From NCBI RefSeq assembly GCF_009914755.1, contig NC_060926.1: a stretch of 64,000 nucleotides of DNA; one strand, given 5' to 3'. Below the pieces are notes generated by a model. The model worked only from the letters and a program-made list of their open reading frames with translations. It had not been told where the DNA came from and ran no database searches. The position numbers and the translations under genes are program-made. Shown here in pieces: positions 13,510 to 26,591 of the stretch (position 1 is its first letter; each line of letters opens with the position of its first letter). The DNA is from the human T2T-CHM13v2.0 reference genome, Homo sapiens.

Positions 13510-14859
13510 TTGTGAAGAAATGCTGAAAATTCTTTAACTTTTTTAAATTATATACTTATAAGTAGAGTTTTTTAAACAATGCTTGCAGAGTTACAGACAT
13601 AAAAAAAGACGCCTCTATTATTTAAGGAAGATCTATACAGGCAAAATAGAATTGGTGGCAAAGCCAGTAATCTGAGATGTTTTTGGTTTAGAAAGTTGCT
13701 CTTTGTGCATCAGAAATGCCTGACTCAGGGAGTTATTGATCAGCATTGAACTAGGAGTTCAGACACAGGTGTTCCTATATCACGTTCTTGGGGCTGGTAA
13801 AACATAGTCTCATCTTAGGCTGATCAAGGCTTAAACTATGAAACCTGGTCCTCTGCCAGCTTGCTGATGGAATTAGAGAGAACCACTGAAAGAATCAATC
13901 AGCTAATGAGATTTTATACAACAACTTCCATGTGCTGGGCACCCGGCCTGGTGCGGTTGGCCGGGAGGGGATGGATAGGATACGGTTCCTCTGACCCAGA
14001 AGTCACAGACAATTTAAGACTTTCATCTTTGAAAAAAAGCACTCTGCACCCCAGGCTTTGTGCAGCTGGTGCAGGGTAACCCCTCAAAGGACACATCACA
14101 GTGGCCTGGGGCAGTCAGAGACAGCTTCCCAGAGAAGGTCTCATAGTTGGGCAAGGGGTTGGTAGGAGTAAACCATTTGAATATGGTGTGAACGTAGAAA
14201 AATCCATGGCATGTTTGGGAGATAGAGTTCTGCCTGCACAATTTAGTAGTGGGAGAGAAGGCTGGAATTGTCTAAGCCAGATGGAAGTGAATATTAGATC
14301 ATAGCCCAAGCACAAGAAAGAATCATTGTAGATTTTTTCACAGGGGCATGGTAAGATGAAGATGGAGGTTTAAGATGTCAAGTTAAAAATAATTGTCTTC
14401 ATTTTCCTCCTATGCCACACTAGGTTAATCTAGACTTCCTAAAGCAGTCATGAGTCACTAAGGCTGTGAAATGGGTCCATTTGTCAGGAAAGAGGGAAGG
14501 TGACAACAGCTAAGAAAACGTGGAACTGCAGGCATCCCAGCCAGAGCCTGGCCCCAGAGTGAAAATGCACACGTGTGCTGCTTGAGGATGAAAAATGCTT
14601 TCCTTGGCCCATCCATCATCATCATCAGCCTCGGAGACAGTTCCCCCGTCCAGGAAACATTTCTCTTGAAGGGAGAGGCTGGGCCCTGGGGAGGCTGTGG
14701 TGCCCAGCCCTAGCCTCTGGGTGATGGATGGTCCTGGGCTTCCCTAGGATGAGTGTGCAGAATGGCTGGAGGAGCGGAGGGCAGAGAGTCTTTGCTTCTC
14801 AGCCAGCAGCAGAGAAATGCAGGCACAGCCTCCAAGTCACAATGAACATGTTTGCCTCA

Positions 14860-15575
14860 TTCCACTGGGAGCTTCTGGAAGGTGGAATCAGCTTCCTAAC
14901 CTTGTTAACGGTACTGTCTACAAGCCCAGCACACATTTGGCTCTCGGTTAATGTTTGTTGGATGAATGTATGAGTCTAATAGTTGGAACACAGAATGATC
15001 CCCCATCTCCACCCCTGTGCTTAAACCGGAAACTTTAAGAGCCAGAAGTGTCCTCAGACATCATCTAGTCCAAACATTTATGCGAAGATGGGGAAACTAT
15101 CAGAGAATGCATACAGTCCCCAGCAAACTAGTGAAATTGAAAATTAGTATCATATAAGTAATACCTTGTTTTCTATAACACCTGGACTTCTAAAAGACTT
15201 TTGTTTTTAAACTGAGGCGCCAATAAGAATTGCCTCTTCCAGATCTCTGTGTAAATTATCACCTTATCAGTGAGGCCTTCTGTGACTGTGCTATTTAAAT
15301 AACACAGCCCTCCTATACTCCTAACTCCTGCCTCTCAACATGGCATTTCTTAGTTCCCTTCCTGATCTGCCTTCCTCCATTTTTCTCCATAGCACTTATC
15401 ACTTTCTTATATTCTGAATATTTTATGTGTTCACCTTTCTATTGTCTGCTCCAGACTCCAAGAATGTGAGCTCCATGAGGGCAGAGGTTTTGGCCATTTT
15501 TATCACTGTTCTGTCTCACTTATAACATGCCTGGTATATAGCTGGCATTCCATACACATCTACTGAGTGAATGAA
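14860..15575 (+). mobile_element. Two L2 3' ends (14860-14975, 15235-15575) with a MIR-like fragment between
   Basis: AATGTTTGTTGGATGAATG; GAATGTGAGCTCCATGAGGGCAGAGG...TACTGAGTGAATGAA. Confidence 0.7.
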
Positions 15576-15709
15576 GAAAGTAAATTAATTTTCCAGAATG
15601 CAAACCATCCCCTGAGAATCATGGTTAATGATGGTTTATTTATTTAATGTGGTGATTGTACCATTACATTGATTCCTAGAGGCTCTGGCTAAAAGCCCTA
15701 CCCTGCAGG

Positions 15710-15977
15710 GCGTTCTCATGATAATGAGAGAGTTCTCATGAGACCTGGTAGTTTAAAAGTGTGTAACACCTTCCTCTTCACCCTCTTCCTCCTTCTCCAG
15801 CCATGTAGGACATGTCTGCTTCCTCTTCACCTTCTGCCATGATTGTAAGTTTCCTGAGGCCCCCCAGCCATGCTTCCGGTACAGCCTGTGTAACTGTGAG
15901 TCAATTAAACCTCTTTTCTTTATAAATTATGCAGTCTCAGGTAGTTCCTTATAGCAATGTGAGAATGGACTAATACA
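15710..15977 (+). mobile_element. MSTA-like MaLR LTR, 5'-truncated
   Basis: CTGCCATGATTGTAAGTTTCCTGAGGCC...AATTAAACCTCTTTTCTTTATAAATTA...GAATGGACTAATACA. Confidence 0.9.
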
Positions 15978-15999
15978 GTCTTGTGTATTCTTCTGAATT

Positions 16000-17090
16000 A
16001 TGATTCTAATGAGTGCTGAGTATCGCACTTTAAAAATATATCACATTTATTTAATCATGTCATTGCACGTTGTTAGGTGTATATGTTGATTTCAGGGATT
16101 TTTTGCTAATAAAAATAAGAGTGCAATAAATGCCCTTTTATGTACTCTTTGTGTACACCTCTGGTTTATTATTTGGGCTTAAATAATACAAGTGTAGCAA
16201 AGGATATGAATGTTATTAAGCTTTCAAAAATTCACAACATCCTCTCCAACTTTCCTTGAAGAAATTATAAAACAAGGTTTTCATGGAGTGCCTTTAATTG
16301 CTGGTTCCTGTGTTTAGTGGCTCTTTAAAGTCCTCGCAGGAACCCCTCTTACTACTGTCCCTTCAGGATTTGCAGATGCTCTTTCTCCTGTGCCTGGGTT
16401 GGAATGGATGAGAGGATAAGTTAGAATACAGACAGGGAACACAAAGTTTCAAGAAAAAGTTATTAGAAAATCTAAAACTACAGGGATTTAAATAAAAGAG
16501 AAGGATGTTTCCTTTTCATGTAAAAACTTGAAAATAAAAAGGAGGCATTGCCATTCTGTAAATGTGGCTTCTAAGATTGCCTTAGCTGCTACAAAATTTT
16601 AGATAGTAGAAAGGGCTAGAGAACCCAGGATAGAAATCCTTGAGAAGATGATTTGAAAGTTGTACACATTGTTTCCGCTTTCTTTTCACTGGCCTGAAAT
16701 TAACTCATGGCTGCATCTGGAAACAAGGAAAAATTATCAAGTCCTATTAATCAGATGTACTGAGTATGGTTATACCTCAAATCTGTCCACTTACCTCTAT
16801 TTCTAATGCCATTTCTCCCTTCACTCCCTCTTATCTCTTGCTTAGATCAGAATAACTACTTTCTAGTTGGCCCCCTCATTGTCAATCTTATCTTCCTCCA
16901 ATCCATCCTCCACAAATATAGGCAGAATAATCCTGTTGAAATATAGACCTGGTCACATCTCTTCTGCTTTAAATTTTAAATGGCAGATTGCTGACTTCAC
17001 AGAAAAGAAATTCAAAATGCCAAACACCTTCTTTTGACATTCAAGGCTTTTCTTTTTGACCCTAACTCTCCAGCCTTATATTGCTCAAAT
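16000..17090. mobile_element. Patchwork of old repeats: L1ME (-, ~16000-16270), MLT1K-like (-, ~16530-16730), L2 (+, ~16770-17090)
   Basis: Degenerate family hallmarks, e.g. TCTCTTGCTTAGATCAGAATAACTACT...TCCAATCCATCCTCCACA for L2. Confidence 0.5.
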
Positions 17091-17519
17091 GTCTGGGATG
17101 CAGCCAGGGTGCACATGTTTGGTCTTTTAAGGTGGAAGAAATGGAAACTAAAAGCTAAGTCTTAGCCAACTTCCCTGGGACATGAAGCAAGACAACACAT
17201 GTGTTTTCGATCACTCTGACAAAGTTCAGCATTTGTCCTCTCTTGACATAAATGTGGAATCTACCCATTTTGAGACCTATGGTTGCCCAGGGCTTCCAGA
17301 AGCCTAGCTTTTTATTGTTTAGGCCTTTTTGGAATTTTAGAGATTACCTATTAGGAGACATGCCTCCCATCAGAGTTCATTGCTGAGACCAGGATGTAGA
17401 CCTGACCTGTCCCATGAGGCACTTTCACAGAAAATGGAATAGGGTTTGTGTGTATTGTTGTTTTACATGCAGGGCTCTGGTATTATTTCAAATAAAGAGG
17501 ATTCTAATGGCATCAACTG

Positions 17520-17645
17520 GAAAGAGCCTTCATACTGCCAACAAATGATTCTGAGTAAACAACTATTCCTCTTTAGGCCTCAGTTTCCTCATCTGTAAAA
17601 TGAGGTTACGGGGCTGAGTTGATCTCAGAGGTCCATTCTAGCCCA
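17520..17645 (+). mobile_element. MIR/MIR3
   Basis: GGCCTCAGTTTCCTCATCTGTAAAATGAGG core. Confidence 0.8.
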
Positions 17646-17659
17646 AAAAGAAGGTCAGT

Positions 17660-19425
17660 TGGCTCATTCAATACTTATTTCTGAGTCCCCACTATGTGCT
17701 CAGAACTGTTCTATGTGTTGAAGATACATAGTTGTAAAAAGATGGACAAAAAACCTAGGTGAGAGTTGGGTGGTCAGATAAATGTAAATACGGGCAAATA
17801 ACATGAGGCTGCCATGTAGAGAGCTGTTAGAGGATGGTGTGATCAACACAATGGGCTGTCTTTGAGTGACATTTGGCTAAGAGGTAGCCCTGTCAAGGTC
17901 CAGGCATGCAGAAAAACCACGAGGAACACTGAGCTTTGTGTGTTTCATGAAATGAAAGAGACTTAGAGTATGAGGTAAGGTTACAAGTAGTCCTAAAGGA
18001 GGAAAGAAGTTGGTCCAGGGCCAGATGAAGTAGGATATTTACACCAGGGTACGAGATTGATCCTAAGTGCTATCAAATGTCTCTAAAGAACTTTACGGTT
18101 GGGACAGACATCGCTTATTTAAGTTTTGAAAATATCACTCTTGGAATTGTATGGAGTATGGATTATGAGGAAGTGGAAGTAGATGGGGATGCTATTTAAG
18201 AGGTTATTACAGTGGTCCAGGAGAGAGATGGAGGGACATGAATTAGAATGGCATCTTTGGATGGAGAAAGTAATGAACAAATATGGAACCTGCTCATGGA
18301 ATGTTTGCACAGATGAGTAAAAGAATGGTCAAGGATACCAATTAGATATGGAGGAGTCATTTACTGAGATAATAAGGACTGGGTTTAAGAGAATGAATAA
18401 AGAGTTCTTTCTTTTTTAACTTGCAAATTTTGAGATACCCATTACACCTCTAAGTACAAAAGTCAAGTAGGCAATTGAGAGATTTCATTGCTGGAGAGAT
18501 AAGTGTAGAAGCCATCAGCAAAGGGATAGTTTTGCAAACTGTTGACTGGATGAGATTACCTAGAATTTATATGCGACTATAGGCTCTATATAATCACCAA
18601 AACTCAAATAGAGAAGAGAACCAGTCAGTTAGCATTGGGTATTCTTTCATTTAAAGATTTGGTGGAGGAGAATAATTCAGCAAAGGTCACTGACAAGGAG
18701 CAAGGTATGGGGTGGGGGCAAAATCAGCAAAGAGTGGCTTTACGAAAGTAAGAACAGAAAAAAGAGTTTCAAAAATTTATTTATTCTGAATGCTTCTGAG
18801 AGGTCAAGGCAAAAACTAAAGAAGCTGTTGGATTTGACAGCTCAGAGGGCATTGATGATTGAAAACCGCAGCTTCAGTGGTATGGCAAGACAGGATCCCA
18901 GTTAGAAGAGATGAAGGACAGAAAGTGAGGTGAGAAGGAATGAGGAGAAAGAAGTTAAGAAAATCGTTCAAGAATGACAGCAGATATGAGGTGTTAGCCC
19001 CATGGGGATTTGAAGACAAAAGACAGTTTTTTTTGTTTGTTTTTGAAGATGGAGATATTATAGTGTGATTCTAGGATGATGGAAATGATGCTGTAGAGAA
19101 AGAAAAGTTGATGGTGCAGGAAAAAGATTAATTACAGGACTGTCAAGTAGTCAATGGAGATGAGATCCAGTGCACAAGTCAGGGTGTTGCCCTCAGACAG
19201 AGACAAGCACACTTCATCCCAGGTGACGGGATGAAGACAGGGAGTATGGGCACTGATATAGGAGGTTGGGTGGTTTGGGTTGTGGGAAGATAAATGAGTT
19301 CTGCTGTAATAACTTTCATATTTTAGTAAATCAGGAAACAAGTCATTAGCTGTGGAGAAGTAGATGGGAGAGCAGGGCTACTAGAGGTAGAGAGTCGAGG
19401 AGAGCCTATTTCAGAAACTGGGAGA
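17660..19425 (-). mobile_element. Long L2 fragment (~1.7 kb)
   Basis: CATTCAATACTTATTTCTGAGTCCCCACTATGTGC; GGAGATGAGATCCAGTGCACAAGT; purine-rich antisense L2 throughout. Confidence 0.8.
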
Positions 19426-19994
19426 TGAAAGGGATTGATCATCTCTTCTCATTGTTTATTTACAAATAAAATCAACAATGTATTCAGGTTCTAAAAACCT
19501 GCCTTGTCGTTTTCATATATTACATCTAATTATCCAGTCACAATCCAAAAAGGAAGATGTTACCTTCACTTCAGCAGGATCAGATAACAGCCAGATCTTG
19601 TCTCTTTTCAAGGTCCCTGCTTTTCTGAAGCCTCATTATCAAGTGAGAATGCCCGTGAGAGTTATCAGTTCACTTCAGCAGGCATTTCCAAACACCTATT
19701 ATGTGCACAGCCTACCTCTATTCCTCCCGTGACTTCCACTTCTCCTATCGCTAATTACTCTTGAAGACTCTAAGCCCCAGAAACAAAGCAGCCACTACAA
19801 CACAGTTGCTCCTTTCAAATAGTTCAACTTAAATGAACAGGCAGACGTGTGCTATAATCATAATGAGCTCCAGGAATGGTGGACAGAGCCTTCAGGGAGA
19901 GTCAGTGGGAGTGGCCAGAGGAAAATACTGCAAAGCTCTAAGTCCTATGGATGCTTGGGCCTCACTAACTTTCTTCTAACTTTGTAGCCCATAT

Positions 19995-20700
19995 GTAGAG
20001 GCTCAGCACTAACCTTCCCTGGTCTTCCCCACTGATGTTCTTACCCCACCCTTTAGGGAGAGACTTTCCTGAAAGCTAATTCAATCAACATACTCCCCTG
20101 CCAAAGGCCTTCCAATACAATTTCAAACCCAAATTCTTTAACTGATTATGACATTCAAGGCCCTGTATGGGATTTCACCCCTTCCCATCTGTCTCTTCTA
20201 TTTACTTTATCTTCACACCTTTTCTCTCATCTATTGCCCCCACCATCACCCCTTCCCACATACTAAAACCTCCAACCAGGACTACTTGTAATTTTTGCAT
20301 CCCACCAATTTTCTCTAGCTTTGGGTCATTTCCTTATATTGATCCTCTACCTGGAAGACTCTTTCCTTCCAATTTCCACATAGCTACATTTTCTTTGTTC
20401 TTCAGGACACAGTTCAGGTGCCACATTTTCCTGGGAAGTCTTTTCTTGCTGATACCACCCCTTTCCCCCTCTCCTTTCTCTTTTCTCCACCACTGAGAAA
20501 AGGACTAATTCTTTTCTCCATCTAAATCTTAACCCACTATATTCAAATTATTTGTATGTCCATCTCTTCCACTGTATTCACAATTGCTTGATGCCAGTTA
20601 TGTATTGTATCAGTTACCTGGTGTGGTACCCAGCATGTAGTAGGAGCTCAGTATATGCGTGAAGAATAAAGAATAAGTGAACAAATAAATAAATTAATTA
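19995..20700 (+). mobile_element. L2 fragment(s)
   Basis: CATTCAAGGCCCTGTATG...CAGCATGTAGTAGGAGCTCAGTATATGCGTGAAGAAT. Confidence 0.7.
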
Positions 20701-22965
20701 ATGATTATAGTTCTTCCAAAATAGCTCTGTATTCAGAGCCTCCATGTCTTTGAATATGCTAGTCCATCTAATAAATTCCTCTTTTCCCTTCTCCACCTTT
20801 TTCCAAGTTCACCTGGCAAACTCCTGTACTTCTTGAGACCTGAAAAATTTGTGTTACACCAAAACAAAGCCTGCTCAAAAAAAAAAAATACAGGTCTCTT
20901 AAAAAAATATTGCCTTATTATAAACTAATTATCCCTGGATCGTTTGGTTTGGGATCCTTGGAGAAACCTGGCTTTGTTAAAAGTGGTTTTGGACACTGAG
21001 TTTCAGTCCTTTTGGGCTACTGTTGCAGAAGTTTAGATGTGCATTCCAGAAGGTCAAGGATCTTTTAAGTGTCAGTACATACTTCCCTCCCCCAAACCAA
21101 TCGCTCCCTTGAGAATATTCTATTTTACAAAGCATTTTTTTTAAAGCAAACCTACACTTCTGGACCAATTCATCTGCAATTTGCTATACTTCATAGGGCT
21201 CAAAGCCCCCACATGCCTAAACTACTAGGAAAGATTTCTGGACACGTCAATAAAAGTATCCTAATGAACAACAGCTGCAGAGAACATGTCTTTAAATAAA
21301 TTGATTCCAAATTTTCCTGAATGTTTCTGTGATTTTGCTTCTTAAATGGGCATCACTGACTTTAAACTTGGCTATCTAAAAAAGCTGAAGGAAAATAATT
21401 ATCCATTGTTGCAAAAAAAAATTTTCATTGTCTTGCATTTCTTCACCATTCTTTGAGGAAACCAATGTACATTCACACCAATTACTTCACCTCTGCTTGT
21501 AATGGCTCTTTGGAGCAAACTTAATATATCTTTCCTATTTTGCATTTGTGGAATTGCATGGGGTACAGAAAGTTACAGACTCATCCAGATTTGGGATTGG
21601 GATTAGAACTCAGGCCTCCTAATTTTGAGGATTACATTTAGAGTGTGGGCTCTCTTCTCTTTGAAAACAAAACCAAAAGTCTCTTTCACCAGCAGAGAAC
21701 ATTTATAAAGAGAATGTCTGTGTTATACCATGTTTAGTCTCCATCAACTTTGTGTTTAAGATATATTAATAGTATTTGGTTCAAAGTTTGTGTTCAATTA
21801 CAAAATGAAATGAGATCTGAATTTTTTTCTCTAAGAAGTACAAAGTCACCAATTTATTCTAATATGTCAAAATTTTATATAAATCAAATTGAAACTTTCA
21901 GTGATATGTAAAGTTTATAAGGAATAAACTTGTTTTACTAGTCATCAGAAAATAAGGAAGTAGCACTTGGAAGAGGATTGTGAGAGATGCTCCCATATCG
22001 GGTTTTAATAACCTCACAGATGGTCATTTTTTTTTTTTTTTTTTACTTACACAGGAGGCTAGAAATCAAAATTTGGCTCTACAGGCCCATGATATTCCCT
22101 CTCTGATCTACTTCTCTGGACATCTGGGTTTCCTGTGGATTGCGTTCAATCAGCAATGTTGAGGTAATAAATATTTCACCTTCCAGTTCCCCTTTTTTAT
22201 TCTTAGTATATAAAAGGAGAGAGAGCATGGTAGATTCCTGTCTCCAAAATCTTCCTCCTGTCACCTCGCACATATTGTCCTTGCTGTTAGAAGCAGCAGC
22301 TTGTGACATTGTTTTGCTAGTACAAATTCATGGTAGTGGGAGGTAGGATGGAGGGAGGGAAGGGTTGAATTAGGACCCAGAAATTGTTGAACAGAACAAA
22401 ATGAAAAGCTGTTCTCAATTTGAAGAGTGAGTTGACGTCTGCTACTCTGGTATGCAGTAAAACATGTTTCCCATCTAAGACATCATAAAAGCTGCAAGCA
22501 TTTCACACTGCACATTAAGAACAGCATCTTTAAGGGAACATCTTTTCATATAGAGCACGTACAGAGTTCTCTATCTGATGATCCTTTTGAACATTTTATC
22601 ATTACAGTAGAAGAAATACACCACAATCATGGCAAGCCCCAAATGAACTGACAAAGCACCTTTGTAGAAATGACTGTTAGGGGTATATCGATATTTCATT
22701 TTTCAGCTGTTTCCATAAATATAGCATTTCTGTACAAACTGTATGCAGAACTGGGCTGCATCATTGGGAAAGCGTTAATAGAGTAGTTGGCTTCCATGAT
22801 ATGCAGAGGACCTAAAGAAACCTCTTTAAAGTGGATGAAGAGGTTGAGGTGATAGTGGGAGGGAAGTGGGAGTGGAAAGCTTGTTCTTAATGTCTGTAAA
22901 TTAAGACAAATGCTTGTTCATGAGCATGAAGTCGAATGGTAAAGGGGTTGGGGAAAACATACGGT

Positions 22966-23054
22966 CATAGAGCTGCCAGTTCCCTGAACGGGCCATTTAC
23001 ATTGCATCCTATGTAAATGGCACCCCCTAGAGGTGTACAAATGTAGTGTCCCTG
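22966..23054. mobile_element. MER91-like hAT-Tip100 MITE carrying a CTCF-like motif
   Basis: Internal palindrome GCCATTTACAT-N8-ATGTAAATGGC followed by ACCCCCTAGAGGTGTACA, as in the MER91 consensus. Confidence 0.65.
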
Positions 23055-23159
23055 TTGAGAAGAATGCAAACAATTTTAAACATCCATTGAGTGGAATAAG
23101 AAAGATGAATGTCGAGGAAGACATCTTTTTCCTGCTTCTGCCACTATTTGTTTTTAAAG

Positions 23160-23780
23160 TTCCTACTTAGTTTCTTTCTCTGACAATTCTTTCTTTACCT
23201 GTTCCTTAAGTATTCGTGTTCTCTTGAGTCCCTTACCAGACTCACTTTTCTTTGGTCCTTCATACTCGTTCTGTGCAATCTCATCCACCTGTAGAGTTTT
23301 AACTGCTAACTATATATTGATGACTTCAAACCTTTATTTCAGGCTTGCCACTCCAAAGAAGTTCAGCTCTACAATTATCAAGACTATCTAGGTCTATTTG
23401 GATATTCCTTGGGTCCTATCCTCAGTATTTCCTAAATTAAACTAATGGTCAATCCCATTAGCCCTGCTTTTTACGTGTACTTCATCATCACTTTAGTTTA
23501 GTCTGGAGACCCAGACTACAAACTTGGGGGTTTTCCTAAGCTGTTTTCTGCCCTGTACTCTGACTATCTGATCAGTTATTAGGCCTAGGAAATTCTTCAT
23601 GTTTATGCTTTCTTCTCCACCCTCCCGCACACTGCCTTAGTTAAGGCCTGCATTGGGTTTTGCCTAGCTTGTATAACTGCCTGGAATTCTCCAATCCTCT
23701 TATGACTTATACATAGCAGCATCTATGCTTAATGGCTGGCACATCACTGGAATTCAATTATTGTTATGAACCAGTGACTA
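23160..23780 (+). mobile_element. L2 fragment
   Basis: ATCTCATCCACCTGTAGAGTTTAACTGCTAACTATATATTGATGACTTCAAA. Confidence 0.65.
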
Positions 23781-24179
23781 AATTAATGCTGTATGCATTG
23801 ACTGTTGTGCCCTTGATGATTTCATAACCCAGAATATTCACCAATAATTAGATAATATTCATTCAACATTTGTTTTTTGAGCACCTGAGTAAATACAATC
23901 CCTCTCGGCACCCCCGTGTTATATGCTTCCTTGTAGAAGATGTAGAACATTTCATACAGTGACCAGTCCTGCACACATTTAAATATACAATCCACGTTAA
24001 GAATTCAAAATGGAAAAAAATAGAATAATGACTAATATAAGCAATAATTTGAATGACAAATTAAATTTTGGGTAAAATAAAACCAAGGCAGTCCAGAGAC
24101 AAGAGTTTCTTGTAGTTTAATGTATTCAAGGAAGGTTCTGTGGAGGAGGCAGGATGTAAAGGAAAGATGGGCCTTGGTG

Positions 24180-24211
24180 AAGAGCGGTAGAAACTCTTTT
24201 CTACCGCTCTT
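24180..24211. repeat. Perfect inverted repeat, 14-bp stem with 4-nt loop
   Basis: AAGAGCGGTAGAAA-CTCT-TTTCTACCGCTCTT. Confidence 0.97.
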
Positions 24212-24306
24212 GTTTTGAGGAGATTGGCTTCAGCCAGAGTATGAAGACAGAGGGTTTATTGCTGGCACCATTACTAAAATGGGGCAGTGGAAATATGTAT
24301 GTTGCG

Positions 24307-24672
24307 TGTTGGAATAGAAAGATTAAGGAAAGAAGAGGCAAGAAGGCAGATCTATAGTTGAGACAGGTTTATTGACAGTAAATCTGAGAAGGGCTTCTGG
24401 CTGGCAGGGTCAGGAGCAAACTTTTCTTACAGCCTGAGGCTTTTTTAAAGGGCCAGGTGGAGAAGTGTGCTTTGAAGCAAGATTCTGTTAGGGAGGGGTT
24501 GGGAAAGTGCTGGCTGTTCTGTTACAGTTAGGGCCCTTATGTTCTGTTGAAGCTATGGTCAGCGTTGACATTTGCAGTTTGGCCAAGTGTCAACAGACAG
24601 TTCTGAGAAATGGAAACTTGATACTTTAAGATGGTGCAGTCTCGTTAAGATGGTGATATTCTTGTTCTATCA
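24307..24672 (-). mobile_element. MER61-like ERV1 solo LTR
   Basis: Minus strand TGATAGAACAAGAATATCACCATCTT...GCCAGAAGCCCTTCTCAGATTTACTGTCAATAAACCTGTCTC...CCAACA; flanks TTGCG/TTGAG. Confidence 0.8.
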
Positions 24673-24719
24673 TTGAGAATATTATAAAAATAATGATGAT
24701 GCTGTTGTGTTTGGGAAGT

Positions 24720-25530
24720 GCACTATGGTAAAGCTAAAGGGCTCTGGTATTGGATTAATTTGGCTTCTAATCCAAGCCCAGTACTTATTAACTGTGTGAC
24801 TGAAAAACCTCCCTAAACTCTCTGAATTTTCATTTTCTTATCTGTTTTTACAATTGATCATAAATGGCATTTAAAACTGCCTATTAGTTTGCACTCTTCA
24901 AGTTAATAAAGTGATTTTATGCACAAGGATGCATATGTAAAGGGTGTTCATTAAAACTTCACTAATTAAAGTTGTGCCAACAATAATGTTTTCAACACAC
25001 TAACAGATTTGGTTATTTAAAGAAAACCTGAGTATGCTATAAAGCTAAGAATCTGTTTTAAAATTAAATAATTTGATCAGAATTTTGGTGTTTTTTTAAA
25101 TTTAAATGTTTTGTTGTTTCTCTAAATTACCTATTAAGGAAAAACTCTCTGCATATTAAAGTATACTTCCACCTACACTATACTTTACATGGAAATATAT
25201 AACTTATTTTTCTCACAATTGCTTGGTCAAAGGAAATTTTGCATCTCTTTTCTTTGGAATTCATTTTTTAATTGAGATTTTTTAGCTTTAGAGAATGTAA
25301 GAGTGGTATGGTATAAAGAGAATGGGCCTTAGATCTAACAAAATTGCATTGAAATCCCTGCTCAATACTTTTAAGTTCTGCGACCATGGGATGTATTATT
25401 TTTTTTCTCATCTCAGTCTTTCATTTATAAGATAGCAATAATACTATCATTTGCATAAGACAGTTATGAGAAATGATTGAGGCTGCACATGGGATGGTGC
25501 CTGCTGCAGGCGCTCCTTTAAGTGCTCATC
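24720..25530 (+). mobile_element. Two MIR fragments (~24720-24850, ~25300-25530)
   Basis: ACTTATTAACTGTGTGAC...CTCTCTGAATTTTCATTTTCTTATCTGT; CATCTCAGTCTTTCATTTATAAGATAG. Confidence 0.6.
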
Positions 25531-26591
25531 CTCTCCTCTTCTAAACACTTGTGGACTCTGTGGACACCCAGACGCAGAGAAGAACCTCAGTGCGGCTCAT
25601 CCCAAAAACAGTCTGGATGTTCACTTAACATTCACACACCCCTTCTGGAGAACCCAGTGACAGCCTGTGCGAATGATGTGATGTTGGTGGAAAAGAGAGT
25701 AGATCCCTTTAATATGCTATGTTTGTAGGTTTGTTTATTTTCTTAAATACAAGGCAAATCACAAACTTTACTGGATGACAAGCGATTTTTATTGAACGAC
25801 TATACAACAAAAATTATACAGTTTTCTCTTTAGGATTGTCTTTGGCTCCCCAAAAAATAAAGTACACCAATGCAGGTCATTTCCAACATAAAAGTGCAAA
25901 TAGATAAGAGTGTTCTGTTTAACATAACAATACCAGCATTTGAACATTTTGAAAACCATATTTTATAAAAAAATAAATTAATTCAAACAGATCATTTCCT
26001 ATGTTAAACCCATGAAAAGATAAATTTGTAAGGAGATCTACTACCTGACCAGGGCCTGTGCACCAACAGAGAGGATATAATGCCTTATGGATGAAGCTTA
26101 TTTATCCTTGATGAATTTTTAATTCCAGAAGGAAGGGTAAACAAAAGAAGAAATTCTAAAGGCTAATCCAGAAGGACAGCAAAGTATAGGCTAATTGTTT
26201 CCTTGTTGTCTCAAGACTTTAGAGTGTTCATTTATTTGATTTGCCTTGTTAGGTAATTTTTGGCATATTTTCAGGAGAAATATACATGAAATATATATAT
26301 GAGAAAACTACCTTCCATGTGTTCCGTGGCGCCAGAATATATTGGTCAGAATTTGAATTCTTTCTTTCACTTTCTTTTATGCTATTAGTACTTATATGGA
26401 AAAACAAGCAAACAAACATAAAACAACAGCAACAGGCCGAAGTAGGAATTCAGGTTACAAGACAAAGACTTCAATTTATGGTCAGTAAGTACAAAAATCC
26501 CTATATTCCATCAGTTATTACTGGCTTAAGATTTATTTTAAAGTTTAACTTACATAACAACTCTGCAACAAGCATTGCTATTTATTGAGTG

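Noticed and set aside
22027-22044. Isolated T18 tract as a retrocopy tail
   Set aside because: No TSD and no adjacent recognisable retroposed body
24307-24672. p53 response element expected in some MER61 subfamilies
   Set aside because: No RRRCWWGYYY pair visible in this copy
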